22,505 bases of DNA from a virus (taxonomy: Duplodnaviria > Heunggongvirae > Uroviricota > Caudoviricetes): the IMG/VR virus record IMGVR_UViG_2681813269_000007. One strand, written 5' to 3'. The notes below the pieces were generated by a model that saw nothing but the letters and a program-made list of their open reading frames with translations, searched no databases and was not told the origin of the DNA. The first letter of the stretch is position 1; every line of letters starts with the position of its first letter. The translations under genes were made by a program, and so were the position numbers. Below, one piece after another: positions 16,478-22,505 of the stretch.

Positions 16478-17077
16478 GTGACTAATCAGATTATTTACGA
16501 CAGGAAACGGTCTGATGTAATGATTGACCTTGAAACAATGGGTACTAACACATGTGCTCCAATTGTTTCTATCGGGGCAGTGTTTTTTTCTCCAGAAAGT
16601 GAGGAATTAGGTCCTACTTTTTATGTGCCAGTGAATCTCAGAAGCTCGATGTTGAATGGTGGTGTCGCCGATGGTGATACCATTTTATGGTGGTTGAAAC
16701 AGAGCAAGGAAGCCAGAGCCGCAATTTGTACTAATGATGCCCTTGATATTAAGGATGCACTTTTTGAATTATCACACTTTATTACTTGCCATGCATGTAA
16801 TTTAAAAAAATTGAAAGTATGGGGAAATGGAGCAACATTCGACAATGTAATTTTACGCGGTGCTTATGAGCGCGTTGGCTTAGCCTGTCCGTGGGAATAT
16901 TTTAATGATCAGGATGTTCGAACAATCGTTAATCTTGGTCAGTTTATTGGTTTCAATTCTAAAAAAGATATGCCATTTGATGGCGAACGACACAATGCCC
17001 TAGCTGATGCTATTCATCAGGCTAAGTATGTATCCGCAATTTTCTCCCGTCTCATAAAAGGGAAAGGAGAATCGTAA
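16478..17077 (+). CDS. DEDDh-family 3'-5' exonuclease (DnaQ / RNase T-like)
   Basis: 199-aa ORF with GTG start and GAGGAGA RBS. Exo motifs MIDLET (D-x-E), WGNGATFD, and HNALADA (H-x4-D). Confidence 0.8.
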   Translation: MTNQIIYDRKRSDVMIDLETMGTNTCAPIVSIGAVFFSPESEELGPTFYVPVNLRSSMLNGGVADGDTILWWLKQSKEARAAICTNDALDIKDALFELSHFITCHACNLKKLKVWGNGATFDNVILRGAYERVGLACPWEYFNDQDVRTIVNLGQFIGFNSKKDMPFDGERHNALADAIHQAKYVSAIFSRLIKGKGES

Positions 17078-17496
17078 TGGCAAAAGTTTTTACACCAGAA
17101 CAGCGTGAAGAACTGAAGAAACAAATTGTGGAACTCGTGCGTCTGAATGGGCGAGGAACGGTTAGGCAACTGGCAGATGAAATTAGTATTAGCCGATGTG
17201 CTGTTAATCGTTTATCCAGAGAGCTTGCCACCAGTGGTGATTTGTATATCTCTGGCTCCGGGATATTTCTGTCTGCACAAGCGCGCAAGGACTGGCAAAA
17301 CGCCCGCAAAAAGCTATCAAGAGTAAAGTCGAAGAAATCGGTAGTTGTTGATCCTGACCTTATCTGGTCATTACCTGATGGAGAAATACGTCGTTACGAC
17401 AGGCGCTTGAACATGATTTGTCACGATTGTCGGAAGAGCGAAGTTATGCAGCGTGTGTTGGCGTTTTATCAGGGAAATTTTCAGGAGGTGGCGTAG
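17077..17496 (+). CDS. Hypothetical protein with probable winged-HTH segment
   Basis: 139-aa ORF with GGAGA RBS; ATG overlaps the exonuclease stop. VRQLADEISISRCAVNRLSRELA is HTH-like. Confidence 0.6.
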   Translation: MAKVFTPEQREELKKQIVELVRLNGRGTVRQLADEISISRCAVNRLSRELATSGDLYISGSGIFLSAQARKDWQNARKKLSRVKSKKSVVVDPDLIWSLPDGEIRRYDRRLNMICHDCRKSEVMQRVLAFYQGNFQEVA

Positions 17497-17786
17497 TGAA
17501 TATCGACACCACGATAACGATCGATACGGCCCTAAATACCGGTCTGGCACTTCTCGGTTGGTTTTACATCATGTTCAGTTCGTGGAAGTGGGCGGCCTCT
17601 GTTTTTCTAAAGCAGTGGGGAAAGCGCCGCAAACAGGAAAAACGCCAGAAAGCGTTGGAGGCGTTCTATGACGCATTTGAACTTAGCCGCATTGAGCCAG
17701 GCACAACAGCCAAGATAGCGACAAAAGGCGACCTGATGATAGTGATGTTCCGACAGGAGAGAGCAGAGAAAGGTGAATCAGCATGA
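17497..17786 (+). CDS. Small membrane protein (GTG start)
   Basis: AGGAGG 7 nt upstream of GTG 17497. One hydrophobic helix (ALNTGLALLGWFYIMFSSW). The ORF track's longer form would overlap the upstream gene by about 80 nt. Confidence 0.4.
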
Positions 17787-18457
17787 AATTTTCTAAATTT
17801 TCTGAGTTGGTGAATCGTATTTTGTTGAATCGTATTTTGTCCAACAACCACAGGCATCGTCGCGATATGGATGTAACAATCGTTGTTCATTCGCCTGGCA
17901 GCATTGGTTCAACACCTTCAGTTGAGGTTCAGTCAATTCACGCTGGTTTTGATTGGGATTCCGGGAAAGTGCTTATTTTCCCAGCACAGCCACTGACCAC
18001 GCTAACACCAGAACAGATTACTGATATTACTGATAGTGTGCGCAAAGGTCAGTCTTGGCACGCATATCAGGAATATAAAAAGCATAAAGAGCAGTTGGAA
18101 AAATTGTCGATTGAGTTGGAATCAGCCAAAAATCATATAGCAGAACTGGAAGCCAAACCTGTAAGCCAAACTTACAAGTTAACTTTTGAGCAATGGCTGG
18201 AACAGCAGCATGACAAAATTGATGTTGATTGTGGATGTGTAAGTACAGAAATGCTTATGCACTGGATAAGGGTCGCGTATGAGGCTGGCAACTCTCCGGT
18301 AACTCCGGATGGTCATATTCAGTTTTCTGTTTCACTTCCTGCAGCATGTGGTGGAGATAAATATTTTATTGATGGTGTATTTCAACCTTTGAGATATGAG
18401 CGTGACTGTGAAAAAGCGGTTGTGGCCGCTGGCGGTGTAGTTAATTGGGTTAAGTAA
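17783..18457 (+). CDS. Hypothetical protein
   Basis: 224-aa ORF, ATG overlapping the upstream stop, with a GGTGA RBS. No recognisable motif. Confidence 0.6.
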   Translation: MKFSKFSELVNRILLNRILSNNHRHRRDMDVTIVVHSPGSIGSTPSVEVQSIHAGFDWDSGKVLIFPAQPLTTLTPEQITDITDSVRKGQSWHAYQEYKKHKEQLEKLSIELESAKNHIAELEAKPVSQTYKLTFEQWLEQQHDKIDVDCGCVSTEMLMHWIRVAYEAGNSPVTPDGHIQFSVSLPAACGGDKYFIDGVFQPLRYERDCEKAVVAAGGVVNWVK

Positions 18458-18472
18458 TTTTCAGGAGGATTT

Positions 18473-18799
18473 ATGGCGCTGACAGCTGCAGAACGGCAAA
18501 GGAGACGCAGGGAACGGTTGAAGAAGGAAGGCACATCAAGACGGGACTGGATTCTGGAACCTGACGAGCTACGTATGTTGGGGGAAATTTGTGTATTGCG
18601 TAGACCGGGACGAGTTCCATATTCAGAGAATGAAGTCATCGGTCTGCTGATCAGGAAAAACTATAAGGAGCTGCAGAAGCAGCTATCTACTACTTGCTCG
18701 CGATGTGGTCAGAAAATGCCTGTTTCAGAATGTATTTTTGATGGTGAAGGCTCATGTCACCTTACAACTACGAGGCTGAAACTTGTGCTCAAAGTGTGA
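18473..18799 (+). CDS. Hypothetical basic protein with Cys cluster
   Basis: 108-aa ORF with AGGAGG RBS. Arg-rich N-terminus (ERQRRRRERLKKEG) and a CSRCG...C...C motif. Confidence 0.6.
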   Translation: MALTAAERQRRRRERLKKEGTSRRDWILEPDELRMLGEICVLRRPGRVPYSENEVIGLLIRKNYKELQKQLSTTCSRCGQKMPVSECIFDGEGSCHLTTTRLKLVLKV

Positions 18800-18998
18800 C
18801 TGGTCACGGAATGATAAATAAACAAAAAGGCATAGTTTTTGAAATGATGAGAAAACGAAGCGAAAAGAGTTTTTCTTATGGTGATGATGGGCTTCTGTAG
18901 GTGGTTGAGTGAGGCGTAGGAAGAGAACATAAGTATCGGACTACAAAGCTATTAACCCTGTTAATCCATTGAAAGTTGGCTATAAAATTTGAGTTTTA

Positions 18999-19018
18999 CC
19001 CTGTAATTTTATACAGTA
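18999..19018. promoter_or_regulatory. LexA (SOS) box
   Basis: CCCTGTAATTTTATACAGTA is a canonical CTGT-N8-ACAG with AT-rich spacer, 23 bp upstream of the ATG at 19041. It is the only such match I found in the window. Confidence 0.6.
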
Positions 19019-19040
19019 TCAAATAACCTTTTTTAATTAA

Positions 19041-19259
19041 ATGGTATTAGATTCAATGACTGAAGCATCTGTATCAACTCTTGAAGAACTCGGATCAAAC
19101 CTAAAAGACATCGACGCCGTTTTGGATCTGGTTAGCGTTGCTCTGGCTTCTCCCGAAGCTAGCTTGCATCTTGGCGAGATTTCACGGCTTGTTAGTATGT
19201 CGCGGGAGATTGCTCAGAATTGCCAACAAGCGATTGCTGTGGAGTGTTTACATCATTGA
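19041..19259 (+). CDS. Small acidic protein under the LexA box (candidate SOS-inducible antirepressor)
   Basis: 72-aa ORF, acidic and predicted helical, immediately downstream of the LexA box and convergent with the toxin-antitoxin pair. Confidence 0.55.
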   Translation: MVLDSMTEASVSTLEELGSNLKDIDAVLDLVSVALASPEASLHLGEISRLVSMSREIAQNCQQAIAVECLHH

Positions 19260-19302
19260 TACACACCCCGCCCTTCTGGACGGGGTAGTGAAAAGTGATT
19301 AA

Positions 19303-19590
19303 TCAATAGACGGCATTAATATTAATTGTTGCGCCACATGCTTGGGCATATTTTGATAAAGTTTTCATGCTTGCCCCTAAAGGATTGCTTTCCAGGCGGC
19401 TGATGGCGGACGGGCGCAATCCCATTCGTTCTGCCAGAGCTGACTTCGTTAAACCTGCTCTTTCCCTCATTTCGTATAACATTTCGACCATCTCCAGTTC
19501 TTTATCGGCCTCTTCATATCCTTTGATAGCTTCTGGAGTGTTGAGTAGTTTTTCCTTTACTTCGTTAAACGGGATGCCTTTTGCTTTCAT
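19303..19590 (-). CDS. HTH (XRE-family) antitoxin, HigA-like
   Basis: 95-aa ORF with HTH LTKSALAERMGLRPSAISRLES. Start codon overlaps the toxin stop (ATGA). Confidence 0.8.
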   Translation of the reverse strand: MKAKGIPFNEVKEKLLNTPEAIKGYEEADKELEMVEMLYEMRERAGLTKSALAERMGLRPSAISRLESNPLGASMKTLSKYAQACGATININAVY

Positions 19591-19901
19591 CAGTTCATCT
19601 CCTTCAGGCGAGTTCTGGCGATTTCTATAGCCTTTACTGGTGTTTTCTGTGTCTTTTTTACAAATGCATGCAATAGATAAATTTCGTTACCAGTCGCGTA
19701 GGCGTATAGCGTTCTTGCGATGTTTTTATCCCCTACTCTTAGTTCAAAGAGTCCTCCGCCTATTACACGGCTATGGGGCATCTTAAGTTTGTTTCCCTCT
19801 TTCTCCAGTCGTTCAATTAGCCTGGTCATGCGACCTCGCAGATCGTCTGGTAGTTCAAGCAGTTCATCCAGTGCTGCAGGGTGGGTTATCACGTTAAACA
19901 T
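19590..19901 (-). CDS. RelE/ParE-superfamily toxin (HigB / Gp49-like)
   Basis: 103 aa from ATG 19901, chosen over the ORF-track start at 19946 because AGGAGG lies 8 nt upstream. C-terminal ...LYAYATGNEIYLLHAFVKKTQKTP... matches the Gp49/HigB-type fold as I know it. Toxin-first order. Confidence 0.75.
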   Translation of the reverse strand: MFNVITHPAALDELLELPDDLRGRMTRLIERLEKEGNKLKMPHSRVIGGGLFELRVGDKNIARTLYAYATGNEIYLLHAFVKKTQKTPVKAIEIARTRLKEMN

Positions 19902-19959
19902 ATTATAGCCTCCTAATGCGCAAAATACACCAAAACGAGAAAACAAAGCAAATATAAAA

Positions 19960-19977
19960 TTTCACTAAAAAGTGAAA
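19960..19977. promoter_or_regulatory. Inverted repeat in the toxin-antitoxin promoter region (candidate operator)
   Basis: TTTCACT-aaaa-AGTGAAA lies 60-75 bp upstream of the toxin start within an AT-rich region. Confidence 0.4.
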
Positions 19978-20046
19978 ATAACACTGGATGTGTTCTTTTG
20001 GCAGAGTTACAGTTCGTGTTGTTGAGGGGGATAACCCACTAACTAT

Positions 20047-20286
20047 ATGAATTTTGAGGATATTATGAATTATCAAGGTAACGAAAAAATGCGCGGCGAC
20101 GTTGCGGAGATAGCTAACGAATTGTATGAGTTGTGGCAGAAGGTTGAACGTTTCGAAAAGGAATATGGTTTCAACAGTACCAACCTGACAGACCGACTGG
20201 CTGGCCGCTTAATTGGGACTATGGGGCCAAAACTGGCTGAGTTGAACCGCTTTATGGCTGATGTTGATTTCCAGTTTCAAGATTGA
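20047..20286 (+). CDS. Hypothetical small protein
   Basis: 79-aa ORF. An alternative ATG at 20065 is preceded by GAGGA. Confidence 0.5.
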   Translation: MNFEDIMNYQGNEKMRGDVAEIANELYELWQKVERFEKEYGFNSTNLTDRLAGRLIGTMGPKLAELNRFMADVDFQFQD

Positions 20287-20299
20287 TTAGAGAGGCGTT

Positions 20300-20527
20300 A
20301 TGAATATTAATGAAATTCGTGGAAATATGACTGAAGCGGCCCTGAGTGTGGAATGTGTTATGCGTGGATACCCACGCATTTCCCTGAAAGAGTTAAGCGA
20401 AGCCTGTTTTTTGAGTCAAGCTGCCGTTGAATTTATCATCGAACAGATGATCTGTTTTGGGGTTGCAAAGCGTAGCGGATCTGGTCGATATTCTTTGACC
20501 GATGAATATAAGCAGGCAACTTTCTAA
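20300..20527 (+). CDS. Hypothetical small protein (possible DNA-binding)
   Basis: 75-aa ORF with AGAGAGG RBS. Confidence 0.6.
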   Translation: MNINEIRGNMTEAALSVECVMRGYPRISLKELSEACFLSQAAVEFIIEQMICFGVAKRSGSGRYSLTDEYKQATF

Positions 20528-20530
20528 AAG

Positions 20531-20552
20531 CTGTGCGACCACGGTCGCACAG
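20531..20552. other. sopC-like centromere palindrome, copy 3 (longest perfect copy)
   Basis: CTGTGCGACC-AC-GGTCGCACAG, a perfect 10+2+10 inverted repeat starting 4 nt after the stop of the preceding gene. Confidence 0.65.
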
Positions 20553-20635
20553 CACAAAAACGAAAAAGCTTGGCAAAATGACGGTTTTTAGTTATTGTTT
20601 TGTTAAGTTGGGTTTTTTGTACCCAACAGCCAACA

Positions 20636-20659
20636 AGCCGCCTTTATGGCGGTTTTTTT
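20636..20659 (+). terminator. Intrinsic terminator downstream of the small-gene block
   Basis: GCCGCC-tttat-GGCGG followed by T7. Confidence 0.5.
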
Positions 20660-20794
20660 GTGCCTGAAAAGTGGGCGCAGGACAAGTTGCAGCTTGTCCT
20701 GCGGTCAACCCATGCCAGAGCTATAGGCTGAACCTAAAGCCCACCCGCGATGCGCATCGCCGGGTTAGCTTACCCAGGCAAAAAAATAATAGCT

Positions 20795-21871
20795 ATGTTC
20801 AAAACCACTAATATTCATGGCGCACAACTCGTTTGCGCAGATTCTCTGCAATTTATCAAAACCATCCCTGATAACTCGGTCAATTTGATTGCAACAGACC
20901 CACCATACTTCGGCGTAAAGGCTAACGCATGGGATAACCAGTGGGATAGCGATGCTGACTTTTTGGGGTGGATTGACGAATTTTTGGCAGAATTTTGGCG
21001 GATATTGGCCCCTAATGGCAGCCTGTATATGTTTACCGGCTCTCGCCTTGCGTCAAAAATTGAATTATTAACTCGCGACCGTTTCAATGTTCTGAACCAT
21101 ATCATTTGGGCTAAACCCAGTGGTATGTGGCGCGGTTGTCATAAAGAAAGTTTAAGGGCTTATTTTCCTGCTACTGAAAGAATATTATTTGCAGAGCATT
21201 ACGGCGCGTCAGGTTATGCTAAAGGTCAGTCAGGTTATGCTTCAAAATGTGCAGATTTAAGAAAAAATATTTTTTCTCCACTAATTGATGCTTTTTCGCT
21301 GGCTCGCCGTCAGTTAGATATATCAGCCGCAGACATTAATTCAGCGACAGGAAAGCAGATGTGTTCACACTGGTTTTCTTATTCGCAGTGGCGGCTTCCA
21401 TCATTAATTGATTTTAATAAACTATGCGAATTATTTCGCAGGAAGGCAGATTCACTCGGTGTCCCGTGTCCATATCCTTTTAATGTTGATTATTCAGAAC
21501 ATGAAAAGCGTTATAGCGATCTGAAATTGCATTATGAGGAAGTAAAGAAGCAGTATGATGATTTGAAGGCTCAGTATGAAAATTTACGCCGTCCATTTCA
21601 TGTTACTGCTGATGTACCTTATACCGATGTATGGGAGTTTCCTCCTGTGCAATATTATCCTGGCAAGCACCCATGTGAAAAACCTGCAGCGATGATGGAA
21701 CATATTATAAAGAGTAGTTCACGCCCCGGAGATATCGTTGCCGATTTCTTTATGGGATCAGGCTCAACTATTAAAGCTGCGCTGAAGTTAGGACGTCAGG
21801 CAATAGGTATTGAGATTGAGGGCGAACGTTATCTTCAGACAGTTGATGAAGTGAAAAAGTTATTTGAGTAA
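20795..21871 (+). CDS. DNA methyltransferase (amino-MTase, DPPY motif before FxGxG motif)
   Basis: ORF open from 20750; ATG 20795 is preferred because the 20750 ATG sits inside a palindrome. IATDPPY near the N-terminus and FFMGSGST near the C-terminus. No adjacent endonuclease is visible. Confidence 0.8.
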   Translation: MFKTTNIHGAQLVCADSLQFIKTIPDNSVNLIATDPPYFGVKANAWDNQWDSDADFLGWIDEFLAEFWRILAPNGSLYMFTGSRLASKIELLTRDRFNVLNHIIWAKPSGMWRGCHKESLRAYFPATERILFAEHYGASGYAKGQSGYASKCADLRKNIFSPLIDAFSLARRQLDISAADINSATGKQMCSHWFSYSQWRLPSLIDFNKLCELFRRKADSLGVPCPYPFNVDYSEHEKRYSDLKLHYEEVKKQYDDLKAQYENLRRPFHVTADVPYTDVWEFPPVQYYPGKHPCEKPAAMMEHIIKSSSRPGDIVADFFMGSGSTIKAALKLGRQAIGIEIEGERYLQTVDEVKKLFE

Positions 21872-21885
21872 CTGGAGAATATATT

Positions 21886-21915
21886 CCCCTGCCGTTTTTG
21901 GTAGGGGTTATTTTC
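21886..21915 (+). terminator. Hairpin plus U-tract between the methylase and holin genes
   Basis: CCCCTGCC-guuuuu-GGUAGGGG (8-bp stem with one G-U pair) followed by TTATTTTC. Confidence 0.45.
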
Positions 21916-21966
21916 GCCATATAGTTTCCAAGCCGAAACCTCAGCAACTATTGCGAGGTAAGAGAT

Positions 21967-22239
21967 ATGAAGATGGATGAACGATACAGCAGTGCATCTT
22001 ATGGTAGCGCTGGTCTTGCTGCGTTCTTTGCCAGCCTGTCATTGCAGGATTGGGGCTTCATTATCGGTGTCGCGTTCAGCATTATCCTCGGTGTGCTTAC
22101 ATACCGGCTCAATAAACGCGAGCAGATGAAGCGCACGAAGATATTGCAGGACATATTGGATAAAACTAATACCAATAATCTTTCTGCTACAGCGATGGTT
22201 ATTGGAGAGCTGGGGAAGAGAGCAACGAAGGAAATATGA
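21967..22239 (+). CDS. Holin (phage 21 S-type pinholin-like)
   Basis: 90-aa ORF with GAGGTAAGAG RBS. Two hydrophobic helices ([33 protein letters not shown]) and a charged C-terminus. Stop overlaps the endolysin start. Confidence 0.8.
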   Translation: MKMDERYSSASYGSAGLAAFFASLSLQDWGFIIGVAFSIILGVLTYRLNKREQMKRTKILQDILDKTNTNNLSATAMVIGELGKRATKEI

Positions 22240-22505
22240 TGCAGTCATCATTACGCAAAGCTGTCACAGCTGCTATTGGTGGCGGGGCTATTGCCATAGC
22301 GTCTATGCTCATCACTGGCCCAAGTGGTAACGATGGTCTGGAAGGTGTCAGTTACATACCATACAAAGATATTGTTGGCGTATGGACTGTATGTTACGGA
22401 CACACTGGAAAAGACATCATGCTAGGTAAAACGTATACCGAAGCAGAATGCAAAGCTCTCCTGAATAAAGACCTTGCCACTGTCGCCAGACAAATTAACC
22501 CGTAC
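22236..22505 (+). CDS. SAR endolysin (T4-lysozyme fold), N-terminal fragment (3' end outside the window)
   Basis: N-terminal signal-anchor-release segment ([20 protein letters not shown]) followed by the catalytic region [19 protein letters not shown] with E, D (+9) and T (+6) spacing. Open to the window end. Confidence 0.85.
   Translation, partial: MMQSSLRKAVTAAIGGGAIAIASMLITGPSGNDGLEGVSYIPYKDIVGVWTVCYGHTGKDIMLGKTYTEAECKALLNKDLATVARQINPY

Noticed and set aside
20815-21105. 96-aa minus-strand ORF inside the methyltransferase gene, and 22039-22251 (minus) inside the holin gene
   Set aside because: Antisense to genes with clear catalytic or structural motifs. No translation signals.
1-22505. 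Insertion sequences, transposases or integrase at the window scale
   Set aside because: No ORF shows transposase or integrase motifs, and no terminal inverted repeats with target duplications were seen. This fits a telomere phage that does not integrate.

Overview
The window reads as most of the non-structural arm of an N15-like telomere phage (linear plasmid-prophage of Enterobacteriaceae), running from the end of the tail-fibre module to the start of the lysis cassette. In order: 3' end of a side tail fibre gene, a macro-domain ORF, tfa, convergent sopB-sopA partition genes, the sopA operator, an uncut telRL palindrome, protelomerase telN, a leftward small-protein plus Bro-N antirepressor operon preceded by a candidate small RNA, an AT-rich three-gene cargo block with a lipoprotein, the 1331-aa primase-helicase repA, the cB/cro immunity switch with paired operators, a block of small early genes including a DEDDh exonuclease, a LexA box in front of a small acidic ORF, a RelE/HigB-type toxin-antitoxin pair, a DNA methyltransferase, and a pinholin plus SAR endolysin. 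Three dispersed copies of a GACC-AC-GGTC-centred palindrome resemble F sopC centromere sites. No tRNA, rRNA, CRISPR array or transposase was found. The candidates I rank highest for novelty are the macro-domain/tail-fibre-like protein, the AT-rich cargo operon, and the SOS-box-controlled small acidic protein paired with an apparently non-cleavable repressor. All calls rest on reading the sequence and ORF translations by eye and on recalled family signatures; no database search was run.
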